DNA of 64,000 bases from Callorhinchus milii. Its lineage: Eukaryota. The translations under genes and the position numbers were made by a program. Numbering within the stretch: position 1 is the first letter of the stretch; every line of letters begins with the position of its first letter. The DNA lies in NCBI RefSeq assembly GCF_018977255.1, contig NW_024704742.1:104658001-104722000 (forward strand), given 5' to 3'. Under the pieces are notes generated by a model that saw only the letters and a program-made list of their open reading frames with translations, was not told the origin of the DNA and made no database searches. Shown here one piece after another: positions 12,503 through 24,939 of this stretch.

Positions 12503-13838
12503 CGGTAGAACCCAATTATAATGTGCTCCCTCAGAACACTAGTTCACTTATATTGCAAGCGCCTTATGAACTTTGGTTTGACAATATTCCCCCACTACAC
12601 AAACAGCATATAAATGCAAATTGTATTGCTGCTGTACATTTACGCTATAATGATTATTCTTCTATTTGATTTTGAGCCTTATATCAGCAGGATGTCTCAA
12701 AGCACTTCACAGTATATACTCTAAATTCAGTGACTGTGTGCTGTAGATGAATGCAGCAGCCAATTTATGCAGAAACAGCCATGAAGGACATGACCAATTT
12801 TATTTTGGCCAGGAGACTGCACAAAGCCTTTTTTCAAAGAATATTTTGTGCGAAGGATGGAACCACCAACAATCCAGCAGATGTCCAGGACTATATTAGA
12901 GCATCAGCCTAAAATGTACAAGTTCAGAGCTCTGATGTGGGGCCCGAACCCTCAACCTTCTGACCCAGAAATGTGAAAGCTACCAGGCTATGCGCAGGAA
13001 GGGACATTGGCAGAAGTTGGTCCTTCGGATGAAACATTAAACCGGGGTCCCATCTCCCTGTTCAGGTGGACATTAAAGATTCCATGGCACTATTTCAAAA
13101 GAGAAGGGAGTTTTTTCTGGTCTCCTAGCCAATAATTCTTCAAATATAATTGGTCACTCGCTCCATGGCTGTTTGTGGGACATTGCTGTGTGCGACGGGC
13201 TGCAACATTTCATCCACAAAATAGTTTTACAATACATCCTGTGAAGCCCTTCAAGAAGTCTCAACAACGTGATAAAGTGTTAATTGAACTGTAAGGATTA
13301 TTATTTCTTAAGCATGAAAGAAACTAACCAACTTCCTGTGCATATTTGCATTATCACTAGCCATTTGATGAGTTATGTCATAATATGAAAGTACTGAACA
13401 GTTATCATGCTGTTATACAATAACAGCTTGCACTTATATACCGCCCTCCTCCACAGGGTAGCGTCTCAAGAGTGCTTAACAGTGGCGGAGTCTGACAGCG
13501 AGCCGGGTGGGGGGGGGGGGGTGGGTGGCTGTAAGCATGGTTGAAGAGGAAGGTTTTCAGGCGGGACTTGAAAAAGAAGGGGCAAGGCAGTGGGATTGAA
13601 TGAGAGTGTTCCAGAGTTTCGGGGCTTAGTGGCTGAAAGCGCGACCTCCGATGGTGGGCGGAGGGTGCGAGGGACGAACAGGAGGCCAGTGCCAGTCAAG
13701 CAGAGGCGACAGGTGGTGGATTGGGGAGTGAAGAGGTCGGAGAGGTAGGGAGGTGCCAGAGAGTGAAGGGATTTGAACTTGAAGGCTGGTTGGGATTTAT
13801 AGACCCCCCACCTATCACATTATAACAGGGGTCTATTA
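12503..13838. mobile_element. Tigger/pogo-like non-autonomous DNA element, expanded by nested SINE/L2
   Basis: TA-CGGTAGAACCCAATTATAATGTG at 12501 is an imperfect inverted repeat of CACATTATAACAGGGGTCTATTA-TA at 13816-13840. Confidence 0.5.
13420..13790 (-). mobile_element. L2 LINE 3' fragment
   Basis: Decayed ORF2 C-terminus (PTIGGRAFS-like) and a TGCAAG(C)TGTTATTG tail. Confidence 0.75.
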
Positions 13839-14125
13839 TATGTATGGTTTCCGTTTATCTGGTGTGGAGTGTACACTCTCCCCAAAGGGATGCTCTTTGC
13901 TTATCCATTTCCAGAGAATGTAAAGTGCAGGTTGACATAATTCTCAATTATACCCATCATTAATTTCCCTAGATATCAATCAATGTATATTCTGTAAAAG
14001 TACCAATTGGTACCATATTCGCTTCTGGAATAAAAACCGCAAAGTAAGACAATACCAATCTCCATCAATATATTTTATGAATTATATGGTAATGTTATTT
14101 AAAGCCAACACAATATTTTTACAGA

Positions 14126-14131
14126 TTTAAT
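14126..14131 (-). promoter_or_regulatory. Candidate SLC25A46 polyadenylation signal (ATTAAA)
   Basis: ATTAAA on the minus strand ~700 nt past the stop, followed by TGTGTTGGCTTT (GU-rich), near the end of an AT-rich repeat-free 3'UTR-like tract. Confidence 0.35.
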
Positions 14132-14832
14132 CCATACATATGATACCTTTTACCATAAACAGCCCGGTAATTGTTCACAAGAGAAACCACCTGCATGACA
14201 ATAGTGTAGATAAGAGCACTGCAGCTCTAGAACCAAAATTGGGCTAGTTAAGACTATCCTATTCTTGTTTCTTTTAAAATCAAATATTCTTTATGTGAAT
14301 AGGCCATTTGAGATCTAAAGACGATTCAATTCACATTGATGAGGACCACACCATATCATGACTAATGAAAAAACAAATTTATAATGTGAAAAGCTATAAT
14401 CAACCTGGAAAAAAAAAGGTACAGTTACACTTTTTACATAGGTATCAAAACAATAATGGTGAAACATCTCTAATTATGCTGATTAGTGCATTTGATTTGG
14501 AGAATGATTGAAAAATTCAATTACTCATCACTCTCAGTACTTGCTTTTATACAAGTTGAAATTGTTGCTAGATTGCATTTGATACAATATGCTAAAAGAT
14601 TAGAAGCATACACAGAAATAGACATAGGTCATAACAGCTATAGGTTATTTTACATATTAAAAACAAATTGTGGACATCATCAATTCAGCAATGTGTGAAA
14701 CAAGATTTTCTCCAGCTCAGTATTTTAAATATAGCAATCAAGTGCTCATTACATTTACAACATAGATTCATCTTTTTTACGTTTCATCACTGAGGGTTAT
14801 TCAATTTACTCTGTACCTTATATACTCCGTAC

Positions 14833-15411
14833 TTAAGTTACATTTTGCAACAAAGTGGAATATATAATTCTGGTGATCTGTAGAACAGCAACGTGCAATG
14901 TGTACTGTACTATAACTGCTCCAAAGCCTTTATAGAAGCCAAATATTCCTTCTTCACGTTTGATTATGTTAATGCAGTCTCTCATTCCCTCATACTGAGT
15001 GTTAATTGGAAGTACTTCAAACCCAAGGTCTGTGTTGTCAATTATGGTACGAGTTCCTTGAATGTGAAGACGGTGAAGCACGGTTTCCAGTGGGTAAACT
15101 AAAACATCTGCAAAGAGGTTTGCAACAAAACTAGCTATAAGTTCTGGGAAATAAGCATCCAGCACAGTTTGCACAGAACTAGAACCCTCAGCGGGGTCAT
15201 GAAGTGGCGATTTTCTCCGTAGAATAAACAAAACAATCTTCTGGATGACAGCACTGATGACATAATGAAGTATTCCGTGTAAGACAGTAGGAAAGACCAA
15301 GACTCCAAGAGGAAGCAGACGTTTGCTGTGAGGCACACCCATTCCCAAAACTTTGCAAATACCTTCCTTTACACAATCTAGTATCCCTGGATTATCTCTT
15401 ATGATTTCACT
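14833..15411 (-). CDS. SLC25A46: SLC25A46 terminal coding exon 8 (SEIIRDNPG...[25 protein letters not shown]...LLQNVT*)
   Basis: 579 nt from a TTTTCAG acceptor to TAA; includes ORF 14833-15348; mitochondrial-carrier PxETxxxR signature. Confidence 0.98.
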   Translation of the reverse strand, partial: SEIIRDNPGILDCVKEGICKVLGMGVPHSKRLLPLGVLVFPTVLHGILHYVISAVIQKIVLFILRRKSPLHDPAEGSSSVQTVLDAYFPELIASFVANLFADVLVYPLETVLHRLHIQGTRTIIDNTDLGFEVLPINTQYEGMRDCINIIKREEGIFGFYKGFGAVIVQYTLHVAVLQITRIIYSTLLQNVT

Positions 15412-16023
15412 CTGAAAATAGAAACAATAATTAAGTCAGTGATTTATTACTATTAGTACATAAGGAATCACAATCTACTGCAATTGAATTACACTTTAGC
15501 ACAGCTGTTTGAAGTTTAAAAAGCACTTCTACAATAATCAGAAAATGAACTAAAAGGTGATTAAAACATTTTGTGATTTTCTCAGTGTCTTGTTTGGCAA
15601 AACATTTATACAGAACTAAGTAGAAGAAATAATCAATAACACACTCTACCATGTTATCTGCATTTCAACAGATATCTTTGTTGCTCACTGCAGAAGATTG
15701 TACAATATTGTTAAAATACAATTTTGCTCAATATATTGCTCATGTATATGTAACTTCTGCTGAGCCAGGCAAACATTTGATAATATAAACTAATTCCATT
15801 GTATTTTTTATTCAGTTCTTGTAGCAATAGCTTTTAAACGTTCATATGCAGTTTTTGTAGCAAAGGATTTAAGAGTGTGGGCATCATAATCATTGAAGTG
15901 TTATTTTGCAAATCAGAAGCTGACCGCTGGAAAATTTACTCAGTATGTAATGCAGCAATTATTCCTACTTCATATGATCCATTAGAAATAGGTAGTAAAT
16001 TCGGCAGATATGTAAAATCTTAC

Positions 16024-16081
16024 CTGCACAGTCTCGATTAAGCTAGCCGAGTAAAAGGGCATTGCCACAGCGCAGGTCAAT
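16024..16081 (-). CDS. SLC25A46: SLC25A46 exon 7 LTCAVAMPFYSASLIETVQ
   Basis: 58-nt exon with CAG acceptor and GTAAG donor; MPFYSASLIETVQ is diagnostic. Confidence 0.97.
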
Positions 16082-16708
16082 CTGAAGAAAACAATGAGAA
16101 CCTTTTTAAAAAATACATATTTTCTTACAATATTAATGCAGCCAAATCAGTGGTGAGATGAGCTAATCTTTAATTAATGAATATATCAAGAAAAAGGGAT
16201 ACAACAGGTCATTTTACTTATGCACTGCAACCAGTCGAAGCTTTTAATTTTAGTTTCCCTTAACCTCTGTAACTGACAGTCTTAATCAACTATTTTTAAA
16301 TAACATGGTACAAGTTTGATTAAAGGAAGAAATAGAGTTTGTTCAAAATTAGCAAGATTAATGGGCACAATGAACAACAAATCATACATATTTATATAAC
16401 ATTATAAATGCTAATTCACTATTTAGATGCTTTAAGAATGGTTTTAACAATGTAACTGATAAACACAACTATTCCAACAGAAAACAGTTTCCTCAAAGCA
16501 ATGTACCGAGAGTGGATTTTTAAAAACACCAAAGTTGGATGTTTGATACTTTCAGTAACTATATGCATAAACAGTCTACAAACAGCTGTACAATGGACAA
16601 ATGCTAAGCTCGCCAACAGTCAGCAAAAGGAATTCGCTGAGAATTTGAGAATAGTGACCGATTGTCAGGAACTTGACAAGGAAACATAACCTATTCAAGA
16701 TACCTTAC

Positions 16709-16765
16709 CCTTTTAGTACAACATGTCCAAGGATCTGCTTTGGACTCCATTTGTGGGAAACCTCC
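16709..16765 (-). CDS. SLC25A46: SLC25A46 exon 6 EVSHKWSPKQILGHVVLK(G)
   Basis: 57-nt exon with AG acceptor and GTAAG donor; frame consistent. Confidence 0.96.
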
Positions 16766-17691
16766 CTATAAACGAAAACAAAATTTCAGTTTCCTCAGAA
16801 AATTATGCATAAATTATATCAAAATTTAAGATGAACAATATGCAGAAGTAGCCTGTCATGTAGATAGTATTAAGTAGCACATTGCACAAGTCCTAGGCAC
16901 TCCTACAAAAGATCAAATCAAACCAAACTCTTGTTCCAGTATATATTATAAATGTATACACACACATACACAGAGACAGAAATAGATATATAATATACAT
17001 TTTATCATTTTATACTTTTTGTTCTGAATTCTAAAAGCTAAATCCTATATATGAAATAAATTGTCTGGGTTGACTAATAGAGGACTTAAAATGGAATTAA
17101 GACAAGAGGCATTTAAAAGGGAATTAGATAGGCACGTGTGGAAAAGGGTTATTAGAAGGCAAGGGAAGGAGCAGAAAATTGGGATTAAGGTACATAAATG
17201 GTTTTGCTGGAGGAGCAAACACTGACGCTAATATAAGTATTGGACAGCCTGCAATGTTGCAAAATTCTCTGACTTAAGCAAAGTACATAATATGAAAACA
17301 ATATGAATTCAATTATGCAAATCAAAACTAAGCTGGTAACATATTGAAACCCAAGTAGATTCTCTGTGCCAGAAAGCAATATAATTTCTTGGTCAAACAT
17401 TGATTGAAATCATAATTTCAATATTTTGCATTAATATACACACTGCTTTAATACTAATCAATTAGTAACGAATGTGAAGCGTTATTCAAAACATACTATG
17501 CAATGTATGGACTCTTACAGCATTTACTGCTAATATGGAGGTCTATTTATCATTTATTAAATATATTTTTGTTATGATTTTTTGTTGCTAACATTTATGC
17601 AATGTAATTTTATGGACCAGTATAAATCTTGAATATTATTTAAAAAACAATAGTGTCTAGAAAAATGGAAATATGTAAAAATGTGATCTAC

Positions 17692-17792
17692 CTGGGAAGT
17701 GGTGTGAATTCGCTGATAATGCCTTCGGTACCCAGGGCTATTCCTTGCACAATAAATGTGCTTCCCATTCCTTTCCAAAGGCCTTTAGGACC
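17692..17792 (-). CDS. SLC25A46: SLC25A46 exon 5 [33 protein letters not shown](R)
   Basis: 101-nt exon with canonical splice sites; contains the carrier-like LWKGMGS motif. Confidence 0.97.
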
Positions 17793-18658
17793 CTAATGAA
17801 CATAAAATAGGAAAGCATTGATCCTATTGTTAAAATACAGTAAAACTTGCATAAGTTCTTTTTTCTAAATCGTATAATCACCCTGTCATACACGCACCTG
17901 AGTTCCGTTCAGTTACCTATCAAAACGACATAGATTTCTTTGCACTAGTTGTATTAATCATCGCGCAACTCGTAATACAGATCCCCTACATTAGTCACTC
18001 TTACCGGCTGCTTTGAATCGCAATAAATTAATTTCTTGACCCGTTGACGTATGCATGCGAATGTCTGTATTGAATCGCGGAAAAAGCAGTGACAGACTGC
18101 TACGTACACTACTTAGCCGGCTGCATTGAATTACACATGCACAGTGCAGATTATTGATTAAATCTAATTTTATACAATTTGCCTGCAATTTGGACTTCGG
18201 ATTCAATGTTATGGTCCCGACTGATATGACTTGTGAATTTTACTATATACACAACTGGAAACAACAAGAATTTTACATTTATATAGTGTATTTCACATTG
18301 GGATTACGTCTCAAAGCATTTCGGACCTCACTGGGAGTATGACCTGGGGTGGGGGGTAGCTGAGGAAATGCTGTTGGGTGATGCTGTTCCAGACATGGTA
18401 GAACGGTTGAGTTCACTGAGCAGAGGATGTAGCTGTGTTGGTAAGGTTGCAAAAGGTCTCAGAGGTAGGGTGAGCAATGCCATGGAGGAATTTAAATAAT
18501 AAGCAAGGAACAAGCATTTAAAGTCTCCCAAAATACAAGCTGATGAATGGTACAAATCATTTAAAGATTAGGGAAACTACAATTATAGGCCAGTTAGCTC
18601 AACATCTGTAGGGCTAAGCTTTTTGTTGTTATAATACGAGACAAAATTATGATTTTGT

Positions 18659-18976
18659 GGAGTCCTGTAGCTCAGTGGTTAGAGCACTTACTTTGCAAGC
18701 GAGAGACCTGAGTTCAATTCCAGGCAGAGGGCAAAACCTTGGGCAAGTTTCCTTACTCCACACAGAGCCTAATAATAATCCCTCCAAAAGCCAAAACAAT
18801 AATAAATTGGTCATTTTCAATCTACGACTGTTTGTGGGACATTGCTGTGTGCAATTGGCTGCCGCATTCGCCCACAAATACACAGTCAATTCAGTTTACA
18901 GTGTGTTCTGTGAAGCGCTTTGGGTCGTCCTCCCGACGTGAAAAGCGCTATATCAAATGCAAGGATTATTATTATT
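18659..18976 (+). mobile_element. Young tRNA-derived SINE (full length, short subfamily)
   Basis: Pol III A box TAGCTCAGTGG, B box GAGTTCAATTCC, L2-type tail and (ATT)n; near-identical to the 24039, 42376 and 59619 copies. Confidence 0.92.
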
Positions 18977-19329
18977 TAGAGGCATGGGTTTCTTAAAAGC
19001 CAGCGTAGATTTGTAAAAGCAAATTAAGTTTGGTTAATTTAATAAATTATGGNAAAAATATATTGATAAAGCGGTAAATGCTATTTATATGGATTTTCTT
19101 AACATGGCTGAAAAAAATGCAGGATGGTATTAAAGGGAATGTTGGCAGCATGGATACAAAGTTGTTCATTTATGGCCCACAGTATCAAAATTTGCAGATG
19201 ACACACAATGGGAAGAAGGGTTAACTGTGAAGACTTTAGGAAGGCTGAAATATTGGGCAGATAGATGGCATGCAAAATTAATGCAGGTACAAGTGTGCGG
19301 TGATGTATTTTGGGAAAGAGAATAAGGAG

Positions 19330-19832
19330 AACAACAACACCAAGATTCCATTTATAGAGCGCCTTTCACGTCGGGAGGACGTCCCAAGGCGGGTCAGGAT
19401 CCGAGCAAGGGGGGAAATGGTCAGGGTGAGGGAAGGGAGGGAGCGAGGAGGGGGGAAATGGTCAGGGGAGGGAAGGGAGGGGGCGAGGAGGGGGGAAATG
19501 GTCAGGGTGAGGGGAGGGAAGGGAGGGGGGGGGGTAGAGTTGAGAGGGGAGCTGAAGGCTCGGTCAAAGAGAAAGGTCTTGAGACCGGCCTTGAAGGAGG
19601 AAAGGGAGGAGGCGGCGAAGGCACTGGGGGATAGAGTTCCAGAGCCTGGGGGCTGAGAGGCTGAAGGCCCGGCCACCGATGGTAGGGCGGTTGGGGCGGG
19701 GGATGTGGAGCAGACCAGAGCCAGAGGAACGGAGGGTACAGGCAGGTAGGTAGGGGGATAGTAGGTTGGAGAGGTAGGAGGGAGCAAGGCCGTGAATGGC
19801 CTTGTAGGTGAGGATGAGGATCTTGAATTCGA
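19330..19832 (-). mobile_element. Young 5'-truncated L2 LINE
   Basis: IEFKILILTYKAIHGLAPSYLS...PTIGGRAFSLSAPRLWNS...FKAGLKTFLFDRAF; nearly identical to 22890-23387. Confidence 0.9.
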
Positions 19833-22260
19833 GAAGAAACGTTAAACTTTGAAAAGGACTGGAAGAACAGTGACACTGAAGAATTAACATACACAAAGCT
19901 TTAAAAGTGGGAGGGCAAGTTGACAAAGCTGTGTAACAAATAAGCTAATGGAACCTTAGATTTTATAAATAGTGGTATAAAATACAACAGCAAACAAGTG
20001 TTGCTAAACCTGTAAGAATCAATGTATAGGCCACAGTTTGAGTATTGTGCCCGGTTCTTAGTGTCCCACTCTGGGAAGAATGTCAAAACCATGGAGAGAG
20101 TATTGAGGATATGCACAAGGATTATAAAAGGGATGAGAGGCTCTCCTTATCAAAACAATGGGAGTTAAAAGAGCTTTGTTTCCTAGATAGTGGGTTATCA
20201 GGACTTGGATGTCCTCCAGAATGAAGCACAGTTTCTAACAGTTTTAAAAGTGAATTAACAACAATAAATTGCACTTATATAGCACCCTGCATATAGGGTA
20301 GGGTCTCAGAGCGCTTAACAGTGGCGGAGCCTGACTCCAAGCCAGGGGGAGATGACCATATACAGGAACGAAGAGGAAGGTTTTCAGGCGGGACTTGAAA
20401 AAGGGGAGAGGGAGCAAGGCGGAGGGATTGAGAGAGAGTGTTCCAGAGTTTCAGGTCGGAGTGACTGAAAGCACGACCTCTGCTGGTGGGGGGTAAGGTG
20501 CGAGACGAGGAACAAAATCAAAGAAATATTTGACACATCTAAAAATACAAAACAGTATAGGGGAAAAGGCCAGGGGGTGAGAGTAAATGGATAGTTTTTC
20601 CAGTCAGTTTGGTATCTGAGAAGTACTAAAACCCAACAGCATGCTAAAGAATCGCCAAACTAAATTACTGAGAGTTCTGTTTTTTGTTTATCTGTGGCAC
20701 TGTCCCCGCAAAGGAACCCACCCTGCTTAGCTAATCGTGGAGACTTTAGGCGCAGTTTGGCAAGAACCCAGGGTTGTAGTCCCCTGAGTGTATATTCGGG
20801 TTCTGCTGAAATTTAGCCAGCTAAAACTGCACAGCTTCTATTCTAATCTTTCTCAGGTATGTCCAGGTAGGGCCATCCTATGCATTAGGGCTTTGGCATG
20901 CAGAGTTATCTGAAGCTGATTGGAAAGAATACCAGCCTCAGGTGATATTGCTGGAGTTCATGCAAATATTATAAATTTAAAAATTCCAACATTTCTTACA
21001 ATTTTTGATTATCTTTAACACACCAATAATCTTCTTAAAAACAAAGTTTTGGTCTTTGCTGTCAATTTAGTTACTAAAATAATTTTTTTTCTTTTAATTT
21101 TCTTCAATTGAATCGTTTAAGCTAGGACTGTGACAATTTATTGCTTTAAAAAGGCAGGCATCATATGACTGACTCCCTCAAAGCTTCTGAAAACAGCACG
21201 GTCAGAACCGACAGGGTAAAGCAATACTCAAATTATAGCGCAGTGTATTAAATGAGGCAGAATTTCAGAAATATTTGAAATGAGGCCGTTTTTCTTGCCA
21301 ATTAATAAAAGAAATTCTGGCAATGGAAAAGGAAAAGGAACAGAGTTCAAATTGTGGGGTTGGTAGGATCAGATTAACAACAATAACTACATTACATTTG
21401 TAAGGTGCCTTTCATGTTGATTAAAAAACTGACAAGGATAATACTCCTGGTCACACATTGAAAGAAATAGCTCTAAATGGTAGCATGTGGATATGGTACG
21501 GACTACAGCAGTTTTCTGCATACATGAAGGAGAAAATAGAAAGGAATAGGAGAGGGGCAATAGCCTGTTTCTGTGCCATTTCATCCCATGTAAGTTGTGG
21601 ACCATATTCCACTTTACAGTTAATCGCTGGCAATTTTCTGGTTATATCAAGACTCTCAAGGTATAAATATCAGTGTTGTGGAATGAAACTTCATCAGCTA
21701 TTCTTCTTGCCTCTCTAAAGTCCTTGTTCAACAAAAAGTTTTGTATCTGTAGAGAAGCAAGACAGTGTGCCTCACAAGGAGAGTTGCTCAACAGATCAGC
21801 ACTGAAAAGCCTAACTGAATTTCACTTCCTCTCTAGGGTCCTGAAGCAAATTTTCTATTGATGCCCTGGATGAGATCAGATAACTCAGTACAGAACAACG
21901 AAACTCAGAATGTTCAACAAACCTTTGAAGTTCAGTTATTCATTGCACAAGTTTGTTTAACCACCAGAACTGTGGAATTTTCTTCTAGCCAGTATAAGAC
22001 ACACACATATGTGGATATTTTGACAAAATATATTCAAAGCCAAACATTTCTGAAACAATGTGTCTGATGCCAGACATCTCTGGCAATGCCAGACATCTCC
22101 TTTGTCAGCACTTAACGTTAAGTCAGCATACATTCACCAACAAACAGCAGAACATACTGCATATCTCAATGTTTTGGGGCGGAAAAGAGGGATGTAAAGA
22201 TAATTAAATCAACTTACACCAACATTTTCAACTAACATATGACAACTTTAAAGACCCTAC

Positions 22261-22338
22261 CTGTGTTTTGCTGAAGTGATACATAATGTTAACAACAGTG
22301 AAAGGAGTAAGATGATAATTCTTTGCATGAAAATTGAC
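22261..22338 (-). CDS. SLC25A46: SLC25A46 exon 4 [26 protein letters not shown]
   Basis: 78-nt phase-0 exon with canonical AG/GT; matches VNYHAQHYHLTPF. Confidence 0.97.
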
Positions 22339-22889
22339 CTGAAAACAGAAAAATAAAAGAATGTTAGTAGCTAGTGTCTTTTATGCCTGTCCAACTCACA
22401 ATAATGTAGCAGGTTTGGACGAAAAGGAAAATAAAGGTGGCTCGCGATGTAACAAAAAGATCAAAGTGGGGAAGTCAGTCTTCAACATGTGCACACTTCT
22501 CAAACTCCTAACCTGACTCAGATTATGGGAATGGTTCTTTATATTTTCTGACTCCTTGATGAAGCATACAAAATTAGTCCTCTCACTGGATCATATAGCC
22601 TAAATCAGCCATTTTAACATCTTGGGGTAAAAAAGTCAATATCCGGGTTATGAGATCACCACCAACATCTCCAGGTCTGGGAAACGCCATATTCCCAAAC
22701 CTCTGCCAATGTTAGTTTATTAGCTGAGTGCTAGAAGATGTCACCATGGACTGATTCTAATTTTTTTCCTATGTTTTGCCAATTCTTTTCAGACCTAGAA
22801 TCTAGAGGAAAAGGACCAAAAAGGATTTCAAACGTAAAATAGTGCCAACACAATAAATCAAATTTTAAAACAAATAATTTCAAGTGGAT

Positions 22890-23387
22890 ACAACAACAAC
22901 AAGATTCCACTTATAGAACGCCTTTCATGTCGGGAGGGCATCCCAAGGCGCTGGACAATTGGGTCGGGACCCGAGCAGAGGGGAAATGGTCAGGGTGAGG
23001 GGAGGGAAGGGAGGGAGCGAGGAGTGGGTAGAGAGTTGAGAGAGGAGCTGAAGGCACGGTCAAAGAGAAAGGTCTTGAGACCGGCCTTGAAGGAGGAAAG
23101 GGAGGAGGCGGCGAAGGCACTGGGGGATGGAGTTCCAGAGCCTGGGGGCTGAGAGGCTGAAGTCCCGGCCACCGATGGTAGGGCGGTTGGGGCGGGGGAT
23201 GTGGAGCAGACCGGAACCAGAGGAACGGAGGGTACGGGCAGGTAGGTAGGGGGATAGTAGGTCGGAGAGGTAGGAGGGAGCAAGGCCGTGAATGGCCTTG
23301 TAGGTGAGGATGAGGATCTTGAATTCGATCCTCTGGGGGATGGGAAGCCAGTGGAGGCGAGCGAGGGTGGGAGTGATGTGGTCGCGA
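22890..23387 (-). mobile_element. Young 5'-truncated L2 LINE
   Basis: Same ORF2 C-terminus and (GTT)n tail as the 19330 copy. Confidence 0.9.
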
Positions 23388-23774
23388 AGCTAGCTATTCA
23401 ATAGCTAGCTGTGAATAGCTATTCAAAGAGATGTTGGAGGCGAATTCATGATCCATTTGAATCAGTAAGCCAATTTCCTGCACTGAACATGTACAACATT
23501 TATTCTCATGGTTTCTGACCAAATCCCTTGTGGGAAATAAAACACTGCATTAATCACAGGGTAACCTTTAAAAAATAAATCTACAATCTAAATTAAATTT
23601 TTCATGTTTGACCAGTGGAATCCAAAGGTGACTCATTCATCCAATGTCCATGCAACATGAATCATTTTATAACTTTTTTTACAAGATTACCGTCAACTCT
23701 CTTACAACATTTACTTCTGGTAAATATATTTTAAGCTTTTTTAAAAAAAGTTATTGCTGAATATTTCCTACTTA

Positions 23775-24590
23775 GAATACATTAGAATATACAGCAGAGG
23801 CAGACCATTCGGTCCAATTGGTCTGTGCTCCACATGAGCCTCAACTAAGCCTCCCAGCATAACCTTCTATTCCTTTCTCCCTCATGTGCCTATCTAGCTT
23901 TCCCTTAAATACATCTATGCTATTCACCTCAAATAATCCCTATAGTAGCAAATTCCATATTCTCACCACTCTCTGTGTAAAGACAATTCTTCTGACTTCC
24001 CTATTTGATCTATTTTATATTTAAAATCGGACCCTATCGGAGTCCTGTAGCTCAGTGGTTAGAGCACTCGCTTTGCAAGCGGGAGACCTGAGTTCAATTC
24101 CAGGCAGGGCGAAACCTTGGGCAAATTTCCTTACTCCACACACCTAATAATAATCCCTCCAAAACCAAAACAATAATAAATTGGTCATTTTCAATCTACG
24201 ACTGTTTGTGGGACATTGCTGTGTGCAATTGGCTGCCGCGTTCGCCCACAAATATACAGTCAATTCACTTTACAGTGTGTTCTGTGAAGCGCTTTGGGAC
24301 GTCCTCCCGACGTGAAAAGCGCTATATCAAATGCAAAGATTATTATTATTATATTATTATTTATGGCCCCTGGTTTTGGTCTCCCCCACAAGTGGAAACA
24401 TCTTCTCTATGTCTACCCTATCAAAACCTTTCATCATTTTAAAGACCTCTATAAGGACACCCTTTACCCTTCTTTTTTCAAGAGTCCAAGCATGTTCAGC
24501 CTTTCATGATAGGTATAACCTCACAGTTCCGGGATCATCCTTGTAATTCTCCTTTGCACCTTTTCCAGTGCCTCTACATCCTTGTAAGAC
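23775..24590 (-). mobile_element. CR1 3' fragment
   Basis: Close match to 51715-52230; interrupted by a SINE. Confidence 0.85.
24039..24360 (+). mobile_element. Young tRNA-derived SINE inserted in a CR1 3' fragment
   Basis: Full head-to-tail match to the 18659 copy. Confidence 0.92.
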
Positions 24591-24881
24591 TATTAATCAT
24601 GCTTACTTTAATATTCCAAACAAATCATTTATCTCTTAAGGACATATTTGCAAGCTTTTTCTGAATTCTTTCAATATGTTTAGGCTGGCAAAACTGCATA
24701 CAATGTTCTAAATATGGGTTTACATATTCTGGTTTACAGATTATCCTTTACTGCATATGTCAGTGTATCCAATAATATACAGCATTAACACTGTTCTTCT
24801 CGATCTCCTCACAACATAACAGTGATTCTATGTATAAAAGTTGTGTCTTCTCTCCACCCCCACGCACACATACACACTTAC

Positions 24882-24939
24882 CTGGCATTGCCGACGGAAA
24901 ACAATACAGGGATGAGCCAGTACGTTCTCTGTGAAAATA
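24882..24939 (-). CDS. SLC25A46: SLC25A46 exon 3 [19 protein letters not shown]
   Basis: 58-nt exon with AG acceptor and GTAAGT donor; frame consistent; strong peptide match. Confidence 0.97.

Larger units (their letters stand above)
18560..20260 (+). mobile_element. Decayed CR1 ORF2 carrying nested SINE and L2
   Basis: NYRPVSSTSV, HGF, AIYMDF, SKFADDT, WADRW, RPQFEYC remnants in order, across the insertions at 18659 and 19330. Confidence 0.75.

Noticed and set aside
1..14000. Additional protein-coding gene downstream of SLC25A46
   Set aside because: No ORF or exon with recognisable non-TE homology was found; the region is mostly SINE/LINE debris. Small exons could have been missed.
18659..18730. 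tRNA gene-like sequences (also at 24039, 35461, 42376, 48410, 59619, 63910)
   Set aside because: They are SINE heads: A/B boxes are present but each continues into the SINE body/tail, and a proper acceptor stem is lacking.
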